Source: an uncultured Candidatus Woesearchaeota archaeon (GTDB taxonomy: Archaea > Nanobdellota > Nanobdellia > Woesearchaeales > UBA525). Taken from it: 64,000 nucleotides of DNA. Positions within the stretch are counted from its first letter, which is position 1, and each line of letters begins with the position of its first letter. Location of the stretch: positions 19 to 64,018 of the forward strand of contig CAVRUV010000024.1 in the NCBI GenBank assembly GCA_963724455.1, read 5' to 3'. This document shows positions 9,837 through 20,600 of the stretch, one piece after another. The notes under the pieces are model-generated. The model was not told where the DNA came from. It made no database searches and worked only from the letters and a program-made list of their open reading frames with translations. Position numbers and translations under genes: made by a program.

Positions 9837-10724
9837 TCAGGCCAGTTTCTGGCTGAAGAAGTCGATGGTGCGTTTCCAGGCCAGTTCAGCGGCCGCTTTA
9901 TCGTAGCGGGGCGTGGTATCGTTATGGAAACCGTGGTTAGCTTCAGCGTACATGTGCTCCGCGTAGGGTTTGTTGTTCGCTTTCAGCGCAGCTTCGTAGG
10001 CGGGCCACCCTTCGTTGACCCGGGTGTCGAGGGCGGCATAATGAATTAGTAGGGGGGCGTTGATCTTGGGTACGTCTTCGGCAGCGGGCTGGGCCCCATA
10101 AAACGGAACCGCAGCCGCCAGACCGGGTACCCGCACCGCCATCATGTTGGCAATCCAGCCCCCAAAACAGAACCCGACGACGCCGATATTGCCATTGCAG
10201 GCCGGGTTGCCTTTGAGGTAGTCGTAGGCCGCCATAAAGTCTTCCAGCATCTCGTTTCGGTTGCGCTTGCTTTGCATCTCCCGCCCCTGCTCGTCGTTGC
10301 CCGGATAACCACCCAGGGGGGTCAGAGCATCGGGTGCAATGGATACGAATCCGGTCAGTGCCGCCCGTCGGCCCACATCGGCGATGTACGGGTTAAGGCC
10401 CCGGTTTTCGTGGACGACGATGATGCCACCCAGTTTCTTTTTCGCGTTGGCAGGCATCGACAGTTGAGCCTTTATCGCCCCCCCTCCTTTGGGCGAGTTG
10501 TAGGTAATGTACTCGGTTTTCAGTCGCGGGTCATCGGCCTTCACCTGGATATTATCCTGGTAGTTGGGCATCAGAAAACTCATCAGCGACGTAACGGTCA
10601 GCCCACCCACGGCGTAGGCCGATAATTTCTGCACAAAGTCGCGCCGGTCGATGCGGCTGTGGGCAAAGTCGTCGTAGAGGTCAAATACCTCCTGGTTGAT
10701 ATCCTCTTTTCGCAGGTCACTCAT
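9837..10724 (-). CDS. dienelactone hydrolase family protein with a TAT-type signal
   Basis: RIDRRDFVQKLSAYAVGGL signal region. DLH motifs: IIVVHENRGLNPYI, and GVVGFCFGG with a nucleophile Cys. Confidence 0.8.
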   Translation of the reverse strand: MSDLRKEDINQEVFDLYDDFAHSRIDRRDFVQKLSAYAVGGLTVTSLMSFLMPNYQDNIQVKADDPRLKTEYITYNSPKGGGAIKAQLSMPANAKKKLGGIIVVHENRGLNPYIADVGRRAALTGFVSIAPDALTPLGGYPGNDEQGREMQSKRNRNEMLEDFMAAYDYLKGNPACNGNIGVVGFCFGGWIANMMAVRVPGLAAAVPFYGAQPAAEDVPKINAPLLIHYAALDTRVNEGWPAYEAALKANNKPYAEHMYAEANHGFHNDTTPRYDKAAAELAWKRTIDFFSQKLA

Positions 10725-11032
10725 ATCGATTGGGGAATAGTCCCGTTAAAACTACGCATTTAACTGGCACAAGAACTATGGTTTGCTAAAAGCCGTAACG
10801 TGGGTTTACCAATCGTCCACGTTGGCCGTACTTACCTTGACGCACCGTTATTTCTAGTAACGCCGGTCGAGATTCAGATCGTTTGACATTGGCCAGCACC
10901 AAGTCAATACCAACCAGCAGCCCCAGGCCGAAGATCGGGGTCTGACCAATACCATCATCGCAGCAATAGGGTGGTTTTTCTACCAGAAATTTAGTGGAAA
11001 CGCCTGACCGACTACCTGGCTCACTCCGAGCG

Positions 11033-12406
11033 TTACACTCCCCTGACTTCCCATCCCTTGCGGTACGTGCGACGCAGGTACTTATCCGCAGCAGGATAGT
11101 TAGTGAACTTCATCTGGGCGGAATTCCATTTTAATAATTGACCCGGTACTCGAATCGCCACCGTACCCAGCAAAACGGCCTCTGCCATCGGACCCGACTG
11201 GGCAAAATGAGAGTCTGTTTTTTCACCGCCCAGGCAGGCATCCACAAAATGATGGTAATGGTTTCGCTCAGTTAACGCAGGGTTGCTATGCGCTTTCACC
11301 TTACCCGTCGGGATAATCACGGGCATTTTTTGATGGGGAATCAGCAACGCCCCTTCGGTACCAATCAACATGGCCGATTCGGCCGGATATTCGCCATCGG
11401 TAAATAAATCCCTGATTTCCTGGGGTGGATAAAACTCCCCGTCGAACCACTCCAGCGGTAACGTATCAGACTCGGTCAGGTCGTTTCCCGGAAATACCCA
11501 GCTGATGTGGTTACCCTGGGCCAGGTATCGGCCCGACGTTCGGTTGACTCTTCCCACGATTTCTGTACTTCGGCCTGCACCGACAGGGGAGCTTTCAGGC
11601 CCAGGCCTTTCCAGACTGCGTCAAAAATATGGCAGCCGATATCCCCCGACCAGCCCGTACCGAAGTCCTGCCAGGTGCGCCAGATGGCGGGATGATAGAT
11701 GTCGGGGGCATAGGGTCGGACCGGGGCGGTGCCAATCCACTGATCCCAGTGCAAATACGCAGGAACCTCCTGACCCTGGGCCGGGCGAGGGCCAACGAGT
11801 CGGTACCTGGCCACCGCTCCGGGACGGTTCGAACATAAATAAGCATGCTTTACTTTACCGATAACTCCCTCCCTGATCCACTGTACGGCGGTTCGGTCGC
11901 CAAGGCTGGAAGCTACCTGAGTACCTAGTTGCGTGATTACGCCAGCTTTCACGGCCGCTTTGGTAAGGTCCCGCACTTCGGCTACATCATGACACATTGG
12001 TTTTTGACAGTACACGTGCTTTTTAAGCCGGATGGCCTGGTACGCAATGGGAAAGTGGTTGTGATCGGGCACCGTATACATTCACCGAGTCAAGGGCGTT
12101 CGCTTCGATCCGGAGCATTTCCCGCCAGTCGGTATACGTCCGGGCGCCGGGTACCAGCTCAGCTGCCCGTTTCAGGTTGTTTTCGTCCACATCGCAGAGT
12201 GCCACAATGTCTACCTGCGGATGTTTTTTAAACTGGTTCAGATCGCCCCACCCCATACCGCCTACGCCGATACAGGCGTGCCTGAGTTTAGCGGTACGGC
12301 CCGAAGCCTGTGCTGTTGTATTTAGTAAGAGTGGAGCAGCCATGGCGGCCGTGGCGGCCTTCACCAGAAATTCACGGCGGGTATCCTGATCAGGTTTGTT
12401 CTTCAT
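11033..12406 (-). pseudogene. Gfo/Idh/MocA-family oxidoreductase with TAT signal, split into three frames
   Basis: Three overlapping minus-strand ORFs (12023-12406, 11476-12081, 11033-11557) read as consecutive parts of one ~458-aa protein. The parts are the TAT signal RREFLVKAATAAMAAPLLL plus the Rossmann motif IGVGGMGWG, a middle domain, and a C-terminal domain. Confidence 0.7.
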
Positions 12407-12660
12407 TGCCCTTCAAGGTTTAGGTAAATCATTAATTACAGTATTACCCAAAAGGAAAAACGCCCGGCTTTATCCTTACTCCGATCTGATAATCAGTGAA
12501 TGTTGGTTATCCGGATATCGTACTAAGCTATGAGGGGTTAAACCGATCAAGGAGGGGACGTTTCCGGCTATTTGACCATAACGGACAAGAAAGTTACCGG
12601 TTGCCCCTATCCGGTAATCTGGCGCATTTACCCCAAATGGTTTAGCTTCCCATATACCTG

Positions 12661-13590
12661 TTATCCGGACGGTCTTTTGGTACCGGTGGTGACCTTATGA
12701 CCGGATGGCTGAGGAGTAGTCGCAAAACTCCCCATCTGCTGACGAAATGCTAAGGGTGTCTGTTGCGTGTACCGGCGAAATGTCTGCGCAAAATGCGAAA
12801 CGTTTTCGATACCTACCTGCTCAGCGATGATCGTTACGCTGGCACTGCTATTGGTCAGCAGTTCGCAGGCGTAGCGAATACGCAGGTCCGTAACGAACTG
12901 AGTCAGGGTCTGACCGGTTTGCGCCCGGAAGTACCGGCAGAAAGCCGCTGAATTCATGTTGGCTAAATTGGCTATCCGCCCCAGCTCTATGGGCTGGGTG
13001 AAGCATTCGTGCAGGTAGGCCATCACCTGGCTCATCCGGTCGCTTTGTTTTTGCCACTGCTGGCTGGGCAAATAGCGGGGCGACAGCGTTATCATATTAC
13101 TCATGTCGGCTATCTGCTGCAAAAGCGTCAACAACGCCATCAATTGCTTAAACCCGCTGAGTTCGGTCAATTGGGTTAGCTGCCCGGCCAGTTCACCGGT
13201 CATTGATTCATGAATTTTCAGCCCCTCCGCTGCCCGATCGAACAGGTGTTGAATAGCGCGGGTTTCGGGTAAGGCGAAAAACGTGTTTCCTAAAAAATCG
13301 GGGGCAAAACGAACTACAATAGCTTCGGCCACTAACTTATTTTCAGGTTGGTAATACGCTGGGTGGCACCGCCAATAGTGCGGCAGATGGCTACCCAGCA
13401 AGATGATATCACCCGGCCAAAATTGCCCAACGTGATGGCCAATGAAACGTGTTCCCGCACCGGCCAGAATATAATTGAGCTCCAGCTCCGGATGAAAATG
13501 CCAGGGATTGGCAAAATAGGGGACCTGCTCGCGCCGGGTATCAAAGGATATAGCCGGTCTATGCGGCACGGTCAGGAGGTTGGGGCGCAT
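12661..13590 (-). CDS. AraC-family transcriptional regulator (cupin N-domain plus HTH)
   Basis: C-terminal AraC HTH (LANMNSAAFCRYFRAQTGQTLTQFVTDLRIRYACELL...IAEQVGIENVSHFAQTFRRYTQQTPLAFR). Confidence 0.8.
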   Translation of the reverse strand: MRPNLLTVPHRPAISFDTRREQVPYFANPWHFHPELELNYILAGAGTRFIGHHVGQFWPGDIILLGSHLPHYWRCHPAYYQPENKLVAEAIVVRFAPDFLGNTFFALPETRAIQHLFDRAAEGLKIHESMTGELAGQLTQLTELSGFKQLMALLTLLQQIADMSNMITLSPRYLPSQQWQKQSDRMSQVMAYLHECFTQPIELGRIANLANMNSAAFCRYFRAQTGQTLTQFVTDLRIRYACELLTNSSASVTIIAEQVGIENVSHFAQTFRRYTQQTPLAFRQQMGSFATTPQPSGHKVTTGTKRPSG

Positions 13591-13684
13591 ACGTACTCAA
13601 CAAGGAAAAGAAAGACATTATTTGCTAAAACAGAGATTTATCAACTGCAAAAGCAAATTAAACAACAAAACTGGCAAAAACAGT

Positions 13685-14464
13685 ATGAAAATAATGCTGG
13701 ACAATACTCGAATTTTGCTAAAAAAAATAGCAGAGCGGATGCGTTTTACTGTATTGATTTGCCTCCTTTGGTTTCAGCAAACCGCCGTGGCCCAAACGTC
13801 TAACACGCTGACAGCCCAGGAAAAACGGCAGGGCTGGCAATTACTCTTCGACGGTAAAACCACGGCAAACTGGCGCGGAGCCTATGCCGATGCCTTCCCC
13901 GATAAAGGCTGGGTGGTGCGCGACGGCGAACTGCGGGGCGAACTCCACGACGGAGCCGAATCGGGCGACGCAGGCGACATTGTGACGCTTAAGACCTATA
14001 CAAACTTCGAACTTCGCTTCGACTGGAAACTGGGCGAAGGCGGCAACAGTGGCGTGAAGTACTTCATTGAGGAGCGACAGCCCAAACCCGACAAAGGGTC
14101 GCAGGCGGGTTATGAATACCAGCTTATCGACGATGCCACCTACATCTATAACGGTGAACGCCTGCCTGCCGACCTCAAAACCGCGTCTATCTATGACGTG
14201 GTAGCCGCCAATAAACCCGATGCGGCCATGAACCGCTGGCATTCGTCGCGGATAGTAGTCAATAACAATCACATCGAACACTGGCTCGATGGCCGGAAGG
14301 TGGTTGACACAAACCGCCGGACTAATGCCTTCCGGCAGGGCGTCACCAACAGTAAGTATAAAGACTACCCCGGTTTTGCTGACATTCCCAAAGGCCGGAT
14401 TCTGTTGCAGGATCACGGCCATAGTGTAGCCTTCAAAAACATTAAAATCAAAACCCTGCCATGA
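13685..14464 (+). CDS. DUF1080 (3-keto-disaccharide hydrolase-like) secreted protein
   Basis: GWQLLFDGKTTANWRG...WVVRDGEL...SGVKYFI...EYQLIDD...ILLQDHGHSVAFKNIKIK. The signal peptide MRFTVLICLLWFQQTAVAQ suggests the true start may be 13739. The stop overlaps the next start. Confidence 0.75.
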   Translation: MKIMLDNTRILLKKIAERMRFTVLICLLWFQQTAVAQTSNTLTAQEKRQGWQLLFDGKTTANWRGAYADAFPDKGWVVRDGELRGELHDGAESGDAGDIVTLKTYTNFELRFDWKLGEGGNSGVKYFIEERQPKPDKGSQAGYEYQLIDDATYIYNGERLPADLKTASIYDVVAANKPDAAMNRWHSSRIVVNNNHIEHWLDGRKVVDTNRRTNAFRQGVTNSKYKDYPGFADIPKGRILLQDHGHSVAFKNIKIKTLP

Positions 14465-15732
14465 ACCGTCGTTATTTTCTTAAAAAAACTACCGTCGCTG
14501 CGTCGTCCGTTGGAGCGGTTTGCGTTGGAATGCCGACAATTATCCCGGCTTCGGTGCTGGGGCGCACTGCGGGCGCAGGCCGACCGGCTCCCTCCGACCG
14601 CATTACGGTAGGGATGATTGGTGCCGGACGGCAGGGATACGGTCAGAATTTGCAGGGTGCCGACCATAAAGATACCGGAGCGCGGGTACCCGGTTTACTC
14701 GAACTGCCCGACGCGCAGGTGGTGGCCGTCTCGGACGTGGATAGCTGGCGGATGAACAAAGCCAAAACAACCATTGAGCAGTATTACGCCCGGAAAACAC
14801 CTAACGGTACCTATAAAGGCTGCGCTGCATACACCGATTTTCGGGAAATTATCAACCGGAAAGACATCGACGCGGTCATGATTTCGACCCCCGATTATTG
14901 GCACGTGCCCATGGGTATTCTGGCCGCCAAAGCCAACAAAGCAGTTAGTTGCGAAAAACCGCTTAGCATGAGCGTACAGCAGGGCCGCATGCTCGTGGAT
15001 GCCCTGATGAACCATGGTAAGGCGGGCCGGGCCGCCGGTTCGGTGCCCATCGTGAACCGAACCGACAGCGAATTTCGCTCTGTACGGCCCCAAAATCTGG
15101 CCGTCGAACTAGTCAGAAACGGGCGCATTGGCCAGTTGCAGCGCATCGATATTTCCTTTCCGTCGGACCCTGCACCCGTGCCACCACAGCCCGATATGGC
15201 CGTTCCGAAAGAACTCAACTACGACCTGTGGCTCGGACCCATGCCCTATGTGCCCTATACCGATATGCGGGTGCATACTCCGTTCAACCTCACAAACCGC
15301 CCCAACTGGATGCGGGTGGACACCTACGCTCAGGGTATGATTGCCAACTGGGGAGCGCATTATTTTGATATGGCCCAGTGGGCTAACGACAGCGAATATT
15401 CGGGACCGGTGGCCGTGAAAGGGACGGGGCAATTTCCCCATAGCCTATGGAATTCGATGATCAACTTTGAGGTCACCTACCGGTACGCCAACGGCGTTGA
15501 GATGACCTGCCAGCAGACACCCACCAGCCAGCCCGGCATCAAATACACTGGGTCAACGGGCTGGATTGAGGTAAAAAACTATCCCGGTGTCGTTAAGGCC
15601 AGCAATCCCGCCATCCTGACGTCGAAACCTGGCCCCGAAGAACTCGACCTGTCGAAAACGCTTTGGGACAAACCCGATTTTATCCAAGCCGTTAAAACAG
15701 GACGCAAAACCCTCGAGCCTATTGAAGTGGCT
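14461..15732 (+). CDS. Gfo/Idh/MocA-family oxidoreductase with TAT signal; 3' end truncated at junction 2
   Basis: MNRRYFLKKTTVAASSVGAV signal, then the Rossmann motif VGMIGAGRQG. The native sequence seems to end near ...KTLEPIEVA (15732). The remaining 33 codons of the ORF are AT-rich read-through into foreign sequence. Confidence 0.75.
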
Positions 15733-16625
15733 ATGCTTATTGCAAATGTGGTATTAGATTCTTTTTCAGAAGGGCTTCCATATAGGAGGACATTGTATCT
15801 TTCAGAGAGTGTTTCGATAGTTTTTACATAATTTTCAAAAGGCCATAATCTATAATCATTCATTCCTTTGTATTGCCCGGGATTTTTTCCACCGGCAGGA
15901 CATATCGCAATCCATTTTTTTCCTGTACTCTTTTGTATATCATAGAATTTTGTTCTCTTAAGATATGCATCTACGTGTTTTTCTTCTTTGCTATCAGGGT
16001 ACATTGTTGGCCTGAACAAAAGATCTTTTTTCAAGTCTTTACTCGCGAATGTAAAACCGAATGGAGCTAGTAAGTCAAGATAATACAATATTTCGTGTTG
16101 CGTACCCCGGTATTGCACATTGTATGTGTTCATATTTGGCAAGACTTTGGCTAATAATCCTGGTTCTTTTGCTCTAGTAAATCCGACTCTTATTTTTGCT
16201 ATAGGACGAGCAAACCATGAAGCAAGAGGAGTCTTATCCAGAACAAAGACGAGATCATATCTTGCACGCGTAAGCTCTCTTCTTATTTTTAATAATGCCA
16301 ATGTGTTACTAACACTTTTTTGAAACAATATTGCATCATCTACAAATATTGCTTTGTCAATTGCAGGGTTATTGATAATAGGGTCTTTAGACCATTTTCC
16401 GACAAAATAATCTATTTCTGCATCCTTGAATATTTCTTTTAATTGACGCACAAATGGTGTTGTAAAGATGACATCTCCTATTGCGCCAGCTTTTATGATG
16501 AGAATTTTTTTAATATGTTTATGAGGTATTTGTATTGCTTGTTTTTTTATGATAGCTTTTGTGTTATTTGTTTTTGTTACATTACTTCTTTTGCTTGTTT
16601 TGTTTTGCTTGTTTTGTTTTGCCAT
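15733..16625 (-). CDS. glycosyltransferase family 9 (heptosyltransferase-like); 3' end truncated at junction 2
   Basis: KKILIIKAGAIGDVIFTTPFVRQLKEIFKDAEIDYFV is the GT9 N-terminal signature. After about aa 297 (...LLYGSPSEKESNTTFAIS) the ORF reads antisense of the Gfo gene. Confidence 0.7.
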
Positions 16626-16710
16626 GTTCTCATACGTCGGTATATATGTCTCATGTTCATATTATATTTAGGTTATTATATTTATACTAATTTATACTGT
16701 TATAGTTATA

Positions 16711-17055
16711 TCAGATTGCAATTAAAATAATTCCGAAAATAATTAAGCCGATACCAGTCCAGCGCCACACATCAACCTTTTCTCCAAGATATTTTGCAGA
16801 TAATCCTGCCGCCCAGACATAATTTAGGCTAGTTAATGGGTATGCTATTGATATTGGTAAATATTTTAGTATGATTACATACAATGCAAGGCTTAATGCG
16901 TAGAGTAATCCTGCAAGCAAGAACTGCCAGTTCTTAATAATCCTAATAGGGTGCAGCTTGAATGTTGCAGCACTAAGTTTTAGAAAGAACATGCCTGTAG
17001 CAGATAGTAATGTCGCGATGATTAAAAGCCCGATGAGAAAGAATGTGTTTGCCAT
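16711..17055 (-). CDS. half-size EamA/DMT (ArnE/ArnF-like) membrane protein
   Basis: 114 aa, 4 TM segments. The C-terminal pattern YPLTSLNYVWAAGLSAKYLGEKVDVWRWTGIGLIIFGIILI is typical of a single EamA domain. Confidence 0.6.
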   Translation of the reverse strand: MANTFFLIGLLIIATLLSATGMFFLKLSAATFKLHPIRIIKNWQFLLAGLLYALSLALYVIILKYLPISIAYPLTSLNYVWAAGLSAKYLGEKVDVWRWTGIGLIIFGIILIAI

Positions 17056-17066
17056 GTTCTCCTCAA

Positions 17067-17564
17067 TTATTTTCTCCTCGATTTTTTATTGAGAGTCTGT
17101 TTTTTTATGTTGAGAATTTGTTTTTGTTGCGTTTGTTTACTTTGTGGTTGTTTTTGCTTTTGTTTTTTTACAGGAGGCAGTACTATCTTTTTAGGGCTGT
17201 GTGAACGTGTTCCACTATGTCCAATAAGCGATACGCCGACAATAACAACAATCATTCCTATAATTTGCATCGTAGATAAAGTCTCATTGAGAAAAAATAC
17301 GCTTATTAATGCTACCCAAACAAAGCCTAATGCGATGATAGGATAAAGAACTGAGAGTTCTCCGTGCTTTAGCGCAAAAATAAGTAATACGCCTGCCACA
17401 AGACTCAATATTACTCCTAGCCACAGCATTGGTTGCAGGAGTATGTTGCCTTGAGCAGTAGCTGCTTGCTTGAAGATAATCTGCGTTGCAGCAATAATCA
17501 ATGTGCATACAAGTACAAGACCTATTGCCCACAATGGGGTTTTAGGTTTTGCATTTCTCGTCAT
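17067..17564 (-). CDS. half-size EamA/DMT (ArnE/ArnF-like) membrane protein with a Lys/Gln-rich tail
   Basis: LSVLYPIIALGFVWVALISVFFLNETLSTMQIIGMIVVIVGVSLI. A 45-aa basic tail follows (KKQKQKQPQSKQTQQKQ...). Only 11 nt separate it from the second EamA gene. Confidence 0.6.
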   Translation of the reverse strand: MTRNAKPKTPLWAIGLVLVCTLIIAATQIIFKQAATAQGNILLQPMLWLGVILSLVAGVLLIFALKHGELSVLYPIIALGFVWVALISVFFLNETLSTMQIIGMIVVIVGVSLIGHSGTRSHSPKKIVLPPVKKQKQKQPQSKQTQQKQILNIKKQTLNKKSRRK

Positions 17565-17618
17565 GTGATCACAATTGCTTTTTTCTTCGTTTATTTTTTT
17601 CTGTTTTGTCTGTTAATT

Positions 17619-20600
17619 CTAGTTTACTACAACAGTTTTGTTACCGGAAGTTATTTTATTTGTTGTTGTGTTTTGTGTTGCATTCAGGCGTGAAGCTTTT
17701 CCATCCCAATCAACTTTCCAAATAAGTACTCTTGTTCCGGTAAAGCTAGTTCTGTCATCAAATTTGATGAAATGGTCACTATATCTTCCATCTAAATAGA
17801 AGAGTTGTGTGAACATGCTCTTAGCGAGCAACGGATCTGTTATCAGAACACGCTTATTTACAGAATCATAAACTACAGCAACGCTGCTTGTTTGCTCTTT
17901 GAAGTTTATATCTTGCATTTTTTCAGGTCCTGCAATTACTAATAGCGCCGGAGTTCCATTTGTGATGCCGCCGACTTTTTGTCCATTCTGGTATAACCCA
18001 TAACTAATAGTGCTCTTTTCAGGAGCGCTTTTGTTGTAGACAAATGCTTCCATTGTAGTAATTGATGTTCCTTGCTGTCCGATACGTATATTGAGTGGAC
18101 ATTTTGAAGTATAATTATTTTCAGAACAAGACAACCATGATTGTGTTACATAACCTGGCCATGGTGCTGCAAATGAATTAATCTCTGCTTCTGATGTGAG
18201 TGATTTTGCTTCAAAGTAAATTTGTTCTGCTTGATCAGCAGTCATATTAAATCTCTTGGTAAAATCATTAACAGCATCTTCTCTACTGAGTTCTTTTGAT
18301 TTTGTTGCAATATATGCTCTTGAGAAATTCCAGAGCCCAAAGTGTGCCCATACACCTGATTTTCCAACCATATCGCCGCTTGTTATGAAGTAGTCTTCAG
18401 GTGGGTTGCAATGGGTCGCATTTATTATTTTCAATTGCTCTTCTGCATTATATCCGCGCTGAATCAAGTATTCTTTTACTTGTTCTTTGTTAAGAACAAT
18501 AATTTCGCGCACCATCTGTTGTGATAAAAGCGGATCATTATTCTTTTTGAGGAACATACCGTATGCCCCATAATCTCCAGATGAATCAGGGTATACATCT
18601 GAACCGCAAGTGAGCATGCGCAAAGTTCCCATTGCTTCATCTTCATTTGTGGTAACAAGCGATAATCCAAGCCATCTAGGTACGTGAGTGTGCTGTGATG
18701 TTCCATCAGCAGTAACTCTTCGATCTGCTACGTACTTGAACCAGTGTCCAAAGTCCCACCATGAATTGATTATAGCATCTGGTGCGGATTCTTTCTCGAC
18801 TTTTGTAAGTGAGTCCCACCACGCATCATCGATACTTGGAACGAATGTTCTTGCAGTTTGATATCCTGCACGTACTGGCTGAATAAGCAATAGCGCAATG
18901 ATGAAGAATACTCCAACATTAATGATGTACTCATGTATCTTGGTTTCTTTTTGTAAGTATACAGTTGTCCATTCATAGATTCTGCCAGCAAGTACTGCAA
19001 AGCCGATACCGAATGCAGGTACCATGAGTAAAATGAAACGTACACCACTATATACTGCAAATGTCGTTGCCATAAACCATATTAGGATTATTAGTGCCGC
19101 TGCAATATCTGCATCCTCATCTTCAAACAAGTAAGTAACTAATATTATTCCAATCGGCAATGCGATTAGTAATATTGTAGTTATCCTTCCTGCATTTGAG
19201 TTGAGTGCGTAAATTGATAGCATCGCGCCGATTGCAAGTAGCACATATTGCTTCCATCCCCATTTGCTTCGTGGAAGAACGAGAAGCAGCATTCCAATCA
19301 TGCAACCAAAGAAAAGAAGTGTACCGCCCATAGTAGCGACTGCGTCTGCAAATGATGATTTGTTCAGTTCAGCTACTGTTGTTAGTACGTTTGGCCAATA
19401 ATTACTTGTGATTGCATTATCTAGCAATGCGCTATGTGCTAATGGTTTTATCGGTAATGATATGTAATCTATAGCGCTCATTCCACCTATGCTGTTATAC
19501 GAGGAAGTTATGGTTGTTACAATGAATGTACCGACATAGAATATTGCTAGAACAATTACTGTAGCAATTACTTTGCTATCTTTCCAGAATTTTGGATCTT
19601 TTTCACGTATAACAGTAGTTAGTATTCTAAAGATTATGTATGATGCAACTGCAAAGAGGATGATGAGATAACTGAACCACCAAGCATCCCATGTTGCTGC
19701 TTGCACACCAATTACTATAACTGAAAGTATGCTGTAAATTATGCGGGACTTGAGTGTTTTTGCTTCAAGTGCTTCTATTATCATCCATATGAGGAATAAT
19801 GGTATAACGACGTTCCATATGTCGTTATCGCTTCCCATACTTCTTGAGAGCACCAGTGGATTGATTGCAATTAGTATTGCTGCAAATACTCCGCCGATAT
19901 TTCCCGCAAGTCGTCTTCCGATAAAGAATGCAGGAATAACTCCTAGAATCCCAACAATTACAGGAACTAAGAATGATGCTGCAGGTAGCGGGTAATTACT
20001 ATTGAATAATGTTATGAACTTGTATACGCCCAGTATTGCAAATACGTGCAGGCTTGGATTATAACTTCCGGGGGTACCATATGGCGCAATGGTATGATCG
20101 TCGCGGCATTCGCCATTGACTATTACGTCGCAGGTATTACCGTGACGTAGAATATTTCTAGTATATCTTAACCAAAAATAACTATCAAGATCGCCTAAGT
20201 ATGTGTATTGTTTTCCATCATCGCCAGTGTAGCGCATGTATGTTTTGAACTCTTGAGATAGCTGTTCTTTTGCTTGAGTATATTGAGCGGCATTTGTTGT
20301 GAGGAAATCTTTTGTTCGTTTATCTATTAGTGCATTTCTATTCTGGTCAGGAAGAGCGGGGAACTCTGCATCGACTTGAGCGCTGATCTGGCTTCGGATA
20401 TTTTGTTGAATAGTATTATCTGCCCAATCATCTGTTACGGGGAGCGCAGTAGGAAGCATTCTGATATACAGTACGAGGAGCATGCATGCAAGTATGAGCA
20501 CTGTTACTGTTACTGCTCCCACATTGAAGCGTTTGAAGAATTTGCTGACGCCACTGAAGTTGATTTTCAAATCGTCTTCTGTTTGCGTCTCTTGCGCTGC

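Noticed and set aside
15700-15800. Considered a genuine inter-domain horizontal transfer or integration event at the Bacteroidota/archaeal boundary.
   Set aside because: Both flanking genes are truncated mid-domain. There are no terminal repeats, att-like duplication, integrase or tRNA at the joint. An assembly or concatenation artefact is the simpler explanation.
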